NCBI GenBank assembly: GCA_964234715.1
Contig: OZ174279.1
DNA length: 64,000 nt
Origin: Podarcis melisellensis
Lineage: Eukaryota
Direction: 5' to 3' (one strand)
In this document: piece by piece, positions 48,802 to 61,015 of the stretch
Layout: each line of letters opens with the position of its first letter
Position numbering within the stretch: position 1 is the first letter of the stretch
Notes under the pieces: generated by a model
What the model was told of the DNA's origin: nothing
Database searches by the model: none
Seen by the model: the letters and a program-made list of their open reading frames with translations, nothing else
Translations under genes and position numbers: made by a program

Positions 48802-49574
48802 GNNNNNNNNNNNNNNNNNNNNNNNNNNNNNNNNNNNNNNNNNNNNNNNNNNNNNNNNNNNNNNNNNNNNNNNNNNNNNNNNNNNNNNNNNNNNNNNNNN
48901 NNNNNNNNNNNNNNNNNNNNNNNNNNNNNNNNNNNNNNNNNNNNNNNNNNNNNNNNNNNNNNNNNNGATATATAAAGTTTGCCGGGAGTGTTGCGGGGAG
49001 GGGAACTACAGAAATGACAGCCCGTCATTTGTGAACAGGCCTGGAACAAATTTATTTCTTGGAATATACTTCTGTGTTGATCGACATTATGTAATATACA
49101 TGTATCTATATAACATCACATACAAGTTCTGATGCTGTGTTTGCTGCCAGATACTGTGCTTAAAGGAAGGAAGGTACTGTTGTTCCCTCAACAGCCACTG
49201 GGATTACAATCATTGTGTTTGGTCTGTGGGGTAAACCACAGTTATTCACCTTTTAGTGGAATGAAGAATCTTCTGTACCAAGACATGTTGGCATATTCTG
49301 GGCATCAACGGTACCTTGCAGAAACCTTGAGGGAAAATATCCTATGGGCTGATCAGTGCCTCTCAATCGAAGATTTGCCCACTTCCAAGCTGAGACGGAG
49401 AGCAATCTTTATGGATTACTGGATTATTATTTTTTTGAAGCTGGAGAGTTTATTGAGGCTTATACCGACCATCATTTTTGAACTCGCATAAGTCAGCCAT
49501 TCTTGACTGTGGATCTTCCAGACTTGCATCCTTTTGCCCTTCTAAGAGACAATTGATTGTGCAACGTTGAAAAG
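48802..49574 (+). other. EPHA4: EPHA4 proximal 3'UTR (rest of exon 17), ending at a candidate splice donor
   Basis: Follows the stop codon, has no recognisable repeats, and ends at AAG|GTCAGT (49574/49575). Confidence 0.65.
48803..48966. other. Assembly gap (164 N)
   Basis: Run of N. Confidence 1.
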
Positions 49575-49635
49575 GTCAGTGGGACTATGGTTTCCCCTTT
49601 CATTGTGATAATGGTGGCTTCATTTCCTTATCAGT

Positions 49636-49641
49636 AATAAA
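49636..49641 (+). terminator. Candidate proximal (intronic) polyadenylation signal
   Basis: AATAAA 61 nt downstream of the UTR donor, followed by T-rich (49691) and GT-rich (~49720) tracts. Confidence 0.35.
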
Positions 49642-52174
49642 AGAGAATGCACTGATGGGATGTAGCTAGTAAAATACCCTTCCCCCCCCCTTTTTAATTT
49701 AGTAAGACAATTTTTCTAGATGTTTGTTTTCTACATATCGTGGAGGGCATAAGATTTCATTAGTTGACTCCATCAACCAACACTAGAATGTATGAAATCT
49801 CTGCATTGGAAATCACTTTTGTAGGTCTGTGTAGGATGAACTTTACACAACATTTTGTGGTGTGCAGATTACATGGTTCAATTCTGCATGCATTGGGCTC
49901 TACACACATAGGTACCTATTTCATTATGACTCATATAGTCCATGGCACATAAAGAAAAAATGTTGACATGGGGGAAAACCACCAAAGGCCTAGGAAAAAT
50001 CTGTATTAGTTTGCTACATAAGAAGCTTGACAGGAACTACACCCCCACCCTAAATTAATATGCTTATTTTATAAGCCAGTCCCACTAGCTACCTGTTCGT
50101 TATGTGAAAATTCACTTATCAGAACGTAAACTTTATGCCCAGACATCGCTATACACTTCATAGATTCAGATTTCTGAATAGCTGGAGTTTGGCCACTTTT
50201 TTACTTCCTTGCTTTGTTCTGCTTTGTTGAGGAAGTCATTTTCAGGCAGAAACCATGCAGGGCGGGAAGGCAGGTGCAATTTTTGGACGAATCAGCGAGC
50301 TGGAGAGATTGGACAAATAAGTTTTCCCCTTTGTCTTTCTTCTGCTGGTAGGCTGCAGCCTTTTCAGGAAGAAATTATGGAGGAGTGGGGGGAGAGATTG
50401 GACAAATCCCTGATTAGAAATGTTCCCATAGGAAATAATGGAAATTGTGGACTTGCTATGCGAACATTCACCTAATGAACGATTTCCAAGGAACACATCC
50501 AAGGGGCCTGCATGTATTTATCCTTCTTAACATCACTGAGAGTTGGAAAAGTGCTGTATGCTCCAGGCTCACTTGCCAAGCTGTTTATATCAATCAGACT
50601 TTTTTTAAAAAAAAATTTAAATTAAAATCCTGCTCTCTGCATTGTATGTTCCTTGTCTATTTAGAACAAATATTAGATCAGCACAAGGAGTGCTGATGAA
50701 AGGGAAAATGTTTAATTTACAGCTGTACCCTTTTTACTTTGATCTGTCATTCAAAAGTGGTGCACAACCCAACTTCATCTGTGTTTATCTGGAAAACCCT
50801 CTCAGTTCAATGAGGCTCACTCCCAAAGAAGAGATTACAGCCTCAGATCTAGATCTTGGTTCATTTTGCAACCAGAAAAGTGTTCAGGAATGAAAGAGAA
50901 TCAAACCTATTGATGATTTGGTGTAGAGAATATGAGTGTCATAAGGTGAGGCCACCTGCTAGAAGTATTTCAGCGGAGCTTATTATTTTGAGGATGGCAA
51001 TATCACCTATTAGGTTTTCAGCTTTGATTTTCCCCTCTCTCTAGTTCTATCTACTCATGACAGCAGCTTCAGCACAAAAAGAGAATGACACTCAGGTTTG
51101 ATTTGTTAGAAATCACTGCACTTATTTGGAAGCCAGGAGCACTGAGTGAATTGAACGAGTCAAACTTGCCATATTCCCAACGTCACTCTTGTCATTTTTT
51201 GTCACTTGCAACAACAACTTACCATTTTTAACCACAAGCTTCCCCTATAAACTTGATTCTGAAAGCAAATGGTTGCGAACATGGGATGCTAAATTTGGAT
51301 CCTGTCAAAAACTGTGACAGCTTAGTAAAACCTCTTAGCAGAATTACCCATAAAAGCTTTTCATGTTGAAGACTATGGAGGTGTGTGTTCCTGAAAGGTG
51401 ACTTAAACAGTCATATTTTAACACATTTGCTGGTGAATGTTAGTCTTTGAGTTTTCCTGAAAATATTAAAGTCTTCCTCAGCCAAATAAGAATGGAAGCG
51501 CATCTCCCCCACTTCCTAAAACTTTTCCCAAAAAGCAGCTGGTGTGTGGGTATGTATGTTTGCATGAAAATTCAGATTAGAGTTAGACTCGGGGAGATGG
51601 GCTTTTATAACACCCCCCATGCTGTTAACCCAACTTAAAATGGTTTCCTCCAAGTTTCTATGTTTTTTTTAACCCTAAAAGGACAAATAGCAACTTCATT
51701 GAGAATGTTTTTACTGGGAAAAACAGCATGGCATTAAATTTCATCTCCACCCATTCCAAATTATTTGATTCTCCAGGTTTCCGCCCTCAAATTTAAAGAG
51801 ATCTTATCAGACCATGTTTAATTTTGTTTTGAAATGCAGAGAAATTTGGGGCCTCTCTTCCCAACCTGCAATGATGTAAGCTATATACATGTAGTCAAGT
51901 ATATAGACATACTTGTTTTGAACATACTTGGCTGAACTAGGATACAGCCAAAGAATGATTACCATGGACAATGGACTAAACCATGATTTAGCACTATGTT
52001 TAAAAATCAGAATGGACCTGAGTAAAGCCTCAGTCACCCTCTCACATACAAACCCCTCTCCAAATCTTATGTGGCTGGGAGAAGGAATTTGCCAGTATGT
52101 ATTTTCCCTTTCAAAGAATCCTGGCTTAGTGTTACACAGAAATCAGAAATTGTGGCTTAGCACAAATTCTAGAC

Positions 52175-52310
52175 CAGGCTTCCTCAACCTTGGCCCTCCA
52201 GATGTTTTTGGCCTACAACTCCCATGATCCCTAGCTAGCAGGACCAGTGGTCAGGAATGATGGGAATTGTAGTCTCAAAACACCTGGATGGCCGAGGTTG
52301 AAGAAGCCTG
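52175..52310. mobile_element. Palindromic hAT MITE
   Basis: CAGGCTTCCTCAACCT...AGGTTGAAGAAGCCTG; TSD ttctagac/gtctagac. Confidence 0.85.
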
Positions 52311-53329
52311 GTCTAGACAAACAATTCACCTTTGGCTTTGTGAAGCTGGCTTATTATCAAATTCACCAGAGCTTGTTTTAAACCACTGTCTCTGATTCAT
52401 ATCAAATCCTAAAAGAGGATTCTTTGAAATTAAACTAAACAAATCCCTTCTCCAAACCATGCAAGAGACAGAGAGTGCTCCAAGGCTCCAGTGAGGTATG
52501 TTATAGGTGTGTGGAACCTTTTTCACCCAATGGGTCAGATATTTATCTCCTCCAACCTGCTTTAGCAGGTGGGTAGAACCACCCACCTGTCAATCATCTG
52601 ATGTCAAAATGGTCCTGTCCATGTGTTGAAATTGACCTATGGGGATGAGGGGAGATATTGACCAAGCAGGAGTGAACTTTCTGCCCACCGGTTGATGAGG
52701 AGGGAGTTCAATTCTGCTGTGTTTGGCTACATAGCTGAGTTCCACATGGGGAATGCACTGGTTGCAGCTGATCATCGCAGAAAGCAGGATTGAACTCCCC
52801 ACCCTACAAGTCTTGACAGGAGTGCAGTCCTTCTTTCTGCAGGGTTCAGCTGTGCGAGCAAGCAAATAAAGTGTCAAATATTCAAAACAGGAGATAATGT
52901 CATTAATCTGTTGGCCCCTCTAGCACAGAAATATTGAGCGATTCTAGGAAAACAGCAACAGGCTCACACATCCCTCCTCAGATTTCTAGGGTAAACTCTC
53001 CTGTCTCCCCTACGCTGATTTGTGAGCCTCAAACATAAAAGGAACTTTATCAACATAAAATGCTGCCTTAAGCAGTGTCCATCTAGCCTGGGATTATCTG
53101 GTACTGGCAGTGGCTTTCCAGGTCCTCAAGCGAGATTCCTTTGTGTAATCAGGAGATTTCAGAGTATTGAATCAGGGACCTTATGAATGCAAAGCAATCA
53201 TAAACTGGCCTACAGTCATGGCTATAATAATTCAAGCAGATGATAGGCTGAAAAAGGCATTCCAATCCTCATCCTAGCATTGGCTGCTCAAAATAGCAGG
53301 TCTTCCCATGTGGTGACCCATTTGAACCA

Positions 53330-53699
53330 GTGTGGACCCTGTGATCATAACCTGAGGCCCTTTGTGTGCCTCTTCCATGAGAGGTCTAGAGAGAAGCAAC
53401 ATGAAAACAGGCCTTTTCTGTGTTGGCTCCCCATTTGTGGAATGCTCTCCCTGGGGCGGCTCGCCTGGCGCCTTCACTGTCTTTCTTTAGGCACCAGGTG
53501 AAAACATTTCTCTATAACCAGGCCTTTACTGATTAACACTTTATGGCCTTCAAAATGTGTTTGTGGGAGGAGAGTTATTAGTTTGTTTTCGTTTTCATTT
53601 TATTATGTATTTTGTGTTTTTACTTTGTATGTTTATGTTGTGAACCGCCCTGTGATCTTCAGATGAAGGGTGGTATACAAATGTAAAATAATAATAATA
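53330..53699 (+). mobile_element. L2 3' fragment
   Basis: aggccttttctgtgttggctccccatttgtggaatgctctccct (RPFLC/AFSV..P.LWNALP-like), tgtgaaccgccctg...ggtatacaaat and an (AAT)n tail. Confidence 0.7.
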
Positions 53700-53725
53700 G
53701 TTTGATGGTTGTCTTTTTTAAATAG

Positions 53726-56310
53726 GGAAAATGGATCCTGCTTTCTTGGACTCAGCCCTTCCTGGTGCCCATGTTGGCCTTGGATGATAACAGGCCAGAG
53801 ACAAAAGCCTTCCAGTGTCCCGGTTTACTCAGCACTGAAGATGGACTACATAAGCAGCATTGCTCCCTGAAGAGTGTCTCTTTGGCTTTCTTCTTTTTTT
53901 CTATTTTTTTCTTTTCCTTTTTTTGTTGTCAGCAACAAAACTGAAAGATGAAATGGCCCAGATGCGGCTCTTTCATTGCCACTTGAGGAATGTACTGTAT
54001 CAAAGCCCTACAGACTTCTCTTTCCTCGCTCCATTTATTTAATTTTTGTGTAAGTGCGTGTTCTCTCTTCTTTTTTTCTCCTGCATGTCACTGCTGCATC
54101 GGTATGAGTGCAAGTAGCAGAGCTCTACATGTCATAACGATGGACGCCAGGGTTAGGTGCCGTAGCACAGAGCCCAGTTCACAAAAGCTGAGACTGCGTG
54201 GGACAGTGAAGTGATCCTTTACAGGGGGAAAAATAAGTGTGCCATTGCGATAATATCGATATTTTTTAATAGAATGGAAAATAACTTATTATCTCTTCCG
54301 GGAATGTGTGAGTGTGTACGTATGGCCTTGGGTGTGTGGGTGTGTGCTTCTGTGTTGCCTGTTGCCCAGGGCCACCTGTGAACATGCAGATAGCATCTCA
54401 GAGAACTTGGCGGTTGTTGCTGAGCTGTTGAGTTTCCAGGCCAGTAGGTGAGCTATGCAACGGTGGCGAGAAAACACACACACTCCAGAATGTTACAGTC
54501 CTGTATCTATTCATGTATTATGTAGCTGCCACACTAACCTTAACAAATAGTTATTCAGCCTAGAGCAGGGGCGCCTTCACTCGAGTTGTGGAGTGATCCA
54601 TTGTGAGTTCCATAACTGTGATAAAGAATTCGATCGATGACCATTAGTCTTGTCGAGGCCTGTTCATTATCGAAGCAGCAGTACCTTAAGGGGGAAAGTA
54701 GGTGGAGATGAAGTCTTCATCCATCAGCGGGTTGTTTTGAACTGAACTATTAAATAGCTTTTTTTTCTCCCCCGCCTTGGAAAAAAAAAGCTTTGAGAGA
54801 CTTGATGAACACAAACAGAAATATGCAATCCTTATCCATTCACAGAAGTAAATTATTCAGTGTGCCACCTGCAAGGAGTTTGGGGCCCATGAATGATTGT
54901 TGAGCAAACTGTTTTATTTTCTCCCACGTTAAAGAATACAAAAGGTTTTGAAGGTTTAAGCAAGGGATTTGCAAAAAAAACAAAAACCCCTTTCATGTTC
55001 CTCTCATAGATAAATTGCAATACAGTTTGCAATAAGTGGTAATGACCTACCAGTCCTATCTAGGAAAGTTTACAGAGTCTGGAGAGTTCACTGTTAATTT
55101 TCTGAAGACTGTTCTTGGAGGCGAGCTGAATGCAAGAGTCTGGGGAATGGACTGCCATTCCACATTTTGAGCTCAGCAGTTGATGTGCTCGACCTGCTTT
55201 CTGGTCACAGAAGACTCTTCCCTACTGAGATACAGTGCAGCACATCAAGCTGAAACAGGACAGTCAAACCTACATGCCTGGCGGGGGGAAATCAAGGAAA
55301 AGAATGTGTAAATATTGCATTTAAAATGCTTGGCATTGAATGAGGCCCTAAAACAGTTTCTCTGGAGTTTATTCTTCATCCTCACCTCTCCCTCCCCCCT
55401 GTTTCTTCCTTTCCCATTTCTAAGGTTATTTTTTTGGTCTGATGAACACAAAATTGAAGATCAGTATTTCTCGGTTTGTGTAGTTGTGCTGATGGCAGGA
55501 CACAGCACTGTCAAGGAGCCGGGGGGCATAAAGTGTTGTGAACTGCAAACCCAGCATTCTCGGATTGCAGTCAAGTGTACTAAACTGAGCTTGGATGGGT
55601 AGAAAGACACAACACACTAACAACCTAACAACAACCAAAAATTGATAAGAGAACTGGCCTCCATTTCTTCCTGGTTAAAGATGAGGCATCAACAGGACTC
55701 CAAAACAGCAAACCTCCATACATTAGAAAATTGTTCTGCTCACAACCCCACCAGTTGATGTTTGTCCAGGTTTTTGCTGTATTAACTTTGTGATGGATCT
55801 ATGTATTAAATATATATATATGTATAAAACAAAAAGAAGAAGAAGCTGGTTCTTGCCAGTGAACAGGACTTCAAAGCAGTATTTTTCTTTTACGTGACAT
55901 TTTCATAACCAGAAAGAAAGCATCCTGAATACTAATTAGACAGATTTAAAAGAGAGAGAGAGTGCATTTATTTTTTGGTATCACTACAAGTATGTTGGAA
56001 TATGCAAGGACTGTGGTTTAAAAAAATTAGAATGTATGAGGCATATGATAATTTAGTCCATTCTGGGGAAGAAGAAAAAAATCTTAACAATGCATTGCTT
56101 GGTTCGCAGATTTGAATGAAATCTTGGTTAGAAATATAGATTTTCTATTTTGTTTTAATTTGTAATTTTTCCCTCGCCATCAATCTTAGGTACACATAAC
56201 TTATGTCATTTATTTATGGTCTTTTATACCTAGTTTGTAAAATTGTAAAATAGCAAGCTAAATGCAAAAGTTTGCATTTGAAAATAATAAAGTAGTTGCT
56301 GTACAAATCT
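53726..56310 (+). other. EPHA4: EPHA4 terminal non-coding exon (distal 3'UTR, exon 18 equivalent)
   Basis: Branch-like tttgat (53701-53706) and gtcttttttaaatag| acceptor; no recognisable repeats over ~2.6 kb; both ends resemble the human EPHA4 UTR as recalled; ends at AATAAA. Confidence 0.7.
56286..56291 (+). terminator. Distal EPHA4 polyadenylation signal
   Basis: AATAAA in ...tttgcatttgaaaatAATAAAgtagttgc, preceded by TGTA motifs; resembles the human EPHA4 mRNA end as recalled. Confidence 0.8.
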
Positions 56311-58655
56311 CAAATGTGATTCCTGTTATTAAATATAACTAGCCTTCCCTGCTACTTTCAGGTCTATACTGCACAAAATCAAACTATACTATTTTACTGA
56401 ATGAGTAGAAGAGTCAAAGCATTATCTTCGTGCGCACAATATAATTCGGACCATATCACTACAAAAACCTATAGAAAGATAGCATCTCAAGGAGAAGTCT
56501 AGGTCAGAATTCTCAGTCTTGGTATCTGGTTTTCTGTGTGTAGATATTTATTTTATATAGAGAACAATTCAAGCATGTTGCTTCTTCCCATTTCAGCTTG
56601 AAGTAGTATAGTCCAGAATCAGGTTTACCACCTTGTATCCATTGGGTGAATTAGCTCATGAACCACTGAAAATAATGGAAAAAGTAAAGTACCACTGAGA
56701 CTTAAGGCTCCTCTACACTCACCTTTTGCCCTGCATTTTCTAGGGACAAATCCATGCTTTAAGGCATTGTGTCCAAATGCTTCCCCTCCCAGTGTTTTCC
56801 CCATGAAAACCCATTATTGAATGTTAATTGGAGCCAACAACAATTTGGGTTTTCCGCAGATGGCTGTTTACTGGATCAGACCAAATGCCCAACTAGTCCA
56901 GCATCCCATTCTCAAGCAGAATCTACATGCAGAATCTACATGCAACACCACTCTCCTCACATGTGATTCCCAACAACTAACATTCAGAGACATTCAGCCT
57001 TCAACACTGGAGGTAGAACATAGTCATCATGACTTAAAGTCATTGATAGCTATATCCTCCATGCATAAGGACATGGTTGAAGGTACCAGACTGCGAGAGA
57101 AGGAAGGATGTGTCTGCAGTCTCTCAAAACAGCGGTCACATTTTTCCCTTGGCCACTCTCCAACTTTCCCAGGCAGGATGAAAGAACAAGGGCATAAATA
57201 TTAATCCTATCATACAGATCCTTATCATAAATGGAAGAACATCTAATCCAATACAATCAGTTTTTAGTTATGCAACTCAGTTCTCTGTTGAATGGCATTT
57301 CAATTTCAGGTCCATAAAAGATTTTATCGAACGGAGTACTTGGAACCGAACAAAGTCGTTAAATAATAATAATAATAAATAACCTAAGGAACATGCTTAG
57401 AAGTGAACAGGTACTAATCTCATTTAAGATGTGTGCCTGGCTCTCTGCAATTTACATTCCTGAAAGGTTTTGTTCTTGCTGTTTAGATTTGACATAAATC
57501 AGAAGTGCACACCCAACTATGCATTGAGAGGAAAGACATACAAATGAAGGAACACATCTGGAATGGAACACCTGTCACCTAATTCAGCAACTTTCAAAAG
57601 TTCACCTCCCGAGGACCTCCACAAGCAAATTGATAAACAAGGAATAACAACCATACCCTCTTTACAGTCACTAGCAGAACAGGAATCTTACCTGTTTACC
57701 TAAGTATGCATTGAAAAGCTGACAAATATGCAAAATTTCACCATTGGTCACCTGAATATAATTACAATATTGCAGATTAAAGCATATTAAGAGGTACCTT
57801 AACTTTGTTATGAAACTCGAAAATCCACCACAGTCAAGGATCATAGATCAGTTAATTGATCCTCCCCTTGTGCAGCCAAGATTACAAGCAGATGGCAGTG
57901 CCTATTGCTACCCCAACACTGAGCTAGACAGATCAGCGGAATAAATGTCTCACTGGGTTCCTGCTTTACCTTAACAAGGAAGGACTCGCAGAAGATCAAA
58001 AGCATTATCAAAATGTTGGTAGTAGCTCCATCTTCCACAAGCACCACGAGTCAATCAAACTACTGAAATTATATTAAATGGAGAGGAAACATGAACTTGC
58101 TGGCTGTCTCATAAAATGAAGGAGTGGAGCCACTGAAGCGTTTGCTTCACAAGCAACTGAGTGAGATTTTTAAGGACTGTAAGTCCTTAAAAAGAGGCAT
58201 TCTGAGGGCATGGCAAGGCCAGGACGGGGCTGGGGGACCGATTCTCTCTGCCTAGCTGAGTCAGGCAGACTGGCAAAAAGATTATTGTAAACTGACCTCA
58301 ATTTCAAAGCCCTGTTTTCCCTCTGACAACCTTGGGCTGCTTCATCTGGCAGTAGCCTTGCTCCAGAATGGGGTTTGGATGTGGCATGACTTTACACCAA
58401 TTTAACTTATACCAGCTTCATTTACGTCAGCTTCTTGTGTCCTAAACCCCTCAGGAAAGAACGGTAGAACAGGACCTGGTCTGGAGAATAAAGGCACTGT
58501 CAGGGTATATATTTTTGCTTTCTCGTCAAGAAATTTGTTTTGAGATCAGAAGGCAGGCCTTAAGGGGGTTGAGGCGAAGGGCTTTGTTAGCAGTGCTTGA
58601 CCCTCCTCCTTGACATCTGGGCCTGCTCTTATGCCCATGAGAAGAGGTTCCTTCC

Positions 58656-58710
58656 ATTGATGTATTTTGGTAGTGTAAACACTTTATTGATGTATTTTGG
58701 TAGCATAAAC
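58656..58710. repeat. 30-bp-period tandem duplication
   Basis: attgatgtattttggtag(tg/ca)taaac occurs twice. Confidence 0.85.
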
Positions 58711-60555
58711 AGAGTAGTACGACTGTAACAGAAATCCAAACGCATGTGCCCCTGGTTATGCTACGGCATGCTGCATGCAGTTTTGAGGTCTGTGTAGCCT
58801 AGTGAAAGATGCGGGGAAGCATGCCTTATCTTGAGATCTCAGACCATTCCGCTCATGTCAGAGAAGCTAAATGAATTTTGACAATTACAAAAAATGCCTG
58901 GTATACTCTAAATCAACAATGTGATTGAGTTCCAGCTACACTTGGGGCCTCAGCCTCAGTTATTTTACCCTTTCCCATTTAAGGAAGTGCCCTTGGGCCA
59001 TTTACTGATTCTCGATTGAATGGGTAATAGACCTCTGACATATCTTATTTCTAGCTGCAGTCCTGAACATAATTCTTTGTTTACAGCCGCCGCCAAGAGA
59101 CTTCTATGAATATGTAAATGTTTCTCTTAAAAAAAGTGGAAACCTAAGGCATTTCAGTTCTAATCATCCTTAGTAATGCAGAGATGGAAAAGTAGCTGCA
59201 ACGAAGACAAGTCAATGATTTGCTTGAGTATGTGTATAGAATAGGCAGAGCTCTAATATTACATAAATACACCAATATTCATTACACAATTATATCCCAC
59301 TTAATCGGTTTATGGATTATTCGTCTATAACCAAAGCAGTGTGTTTTTTGTAGGCATTCGCTTCTTGTTCAAGAGCATGTTCCATAAAACATACTATAAA
59401 ATCACTCGAGGTCCTTTGCAGGCAAAACTGCAAGGGGCTTTTATTACCATTCTGTGTATTAAGTCTAGAAGCAAGAAAATGGTTATTTTCTCACTTAACC
59501 TGTGTATGATTTAGAACAAAATCAATTGGAATTGTGTGCCCTAACTGCACACAGGATTACAACCTTGAGTGTTTTTGATCCTCGAGTGTTTGGAGTGAGC
59601 AACCATCAGTACCTCCAGGTAGGACTTGGGAGTAACACACTCATCCAGGATTTCAGACAAGGTCCTATCCCAGCCATATCCAATGATGCCAGGAACTGAA
59701 CCAGGGACCTTTCAAATGCAAAGCAGAGGCTCTACTACTGAGCTACAGCACTTTACCACTTCACCACTGGCATTGGGATAACATCTTCCACAGCACCTGA
59801 GGGCAGGCAATGTAGCACACATATGGCCCACTCCATGCCCCTCAGCATTGGCCATCTGAGGCAGCTGCTTCACTCTACCTCATGGTGCGGCTGGCCCTAT
59901 ATGAAAGTGTATTATTTTAACAGAGAGACTTCCGGGTATAGGGCAGTATATAAATTCAATAAATAATAACAATGACAATAGAAATAATAATATTTGCATA
60001 TACACTGGTATATAGGTGAGTACGACTAAAAACTAACAAGCTAAAGCATGTATCTTGCAATCAACCTATTTGCATATGAAAACCTTTAAATGGAAGCACA
60101 TTCTGATTTCTTACTTAGCATTTATGAAAACTGTACTGTAATTATTTCTGCACAGACTTCTCAACACAGTATGGCAAATAACCATGTAGCCATTAAGTAT
60201 ATATTCATCTTATCAGAACAATAATGTCTGTTTTAAAGTCTGTCTTGTTTCTTTTATTTTTTAACCTTGAAATCTAGTTATTAAAATGTTTATTTAGAGG
60301 CCACTCTGTAGAGTGGCAACATCAGTGTTGAGCGTCCTCGGCTCATGGGCAATTATGGCCATTTTCCATGTCGTTGACCTGAAACAAGTCAGTGGGCAAG
60401 CCAGGACACATGGTCCTGATGTTCCAGATTGATTGGCACAAGAGAGGTTCTTTCTTTTCTTTTTTGCCTGGGGCAGAAGTCCGGCCTGCTTGTTGAGTGA
60501 TACTCTGAGCTCCAAACACCAACTGAAGCAGTAATAATTTAGGGTTAGACACAGT

Positions 60556-60761
60556 GGGTTGTATCCCACTTAAGCCTTATCCAGAGCAGACCCACTGAAA
60601 TTGACAGACCTCAGTTAGTCATGTCCATTCATTTCAACTGGATGTATAGCCAATACTAGTCTTACTCAGAGTAGGTTTGCCAACATTAATGGACATGGCC
60701 AGCTAAGGCCCACCAGCCTTAATGGGTCTATTCTTAGCAAGACTAGTATTGGGTATAACCC
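60556..60761. mobile_element. Two adjoining copies of the short hairpin MITE
   Basis: gggttgtatcc...gggtataaccc with internal inverted aatactagtctt/aagactagtatt. Confidence 0.55.
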
Positions 60762-60892
60762 ATTAGACCTACTTTAAATATGATAAATGCTGGCTATCTG
60801 AATGGGAGTCAACTCAGGTAGAACTGACAGAGAATGAGGGCCAAAAGGGAGGCATCTTAATGCCTTTTTAGTTTTTGGTAGAAATTGGGGAA

Positions 60893-61015
60893 ATTGAGGT
60901 CTTCAGCTGTTTTTTAACTACAGCTCCCATCATCCATAGCTAGAAAGACCAATGGTCAGGGATGATGGGAACTGTCGTCCAAAAACAGCTAGAGACCCAA
61001 GGTTAGGAAATACTG
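60893..61015. mobile_element. Palindromic hAT MITE, left end lost
   Basis: Same internal palindrome as 2529 and 52175; right end ggaaatactg|gtgtagac. Confidence 0.65.
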
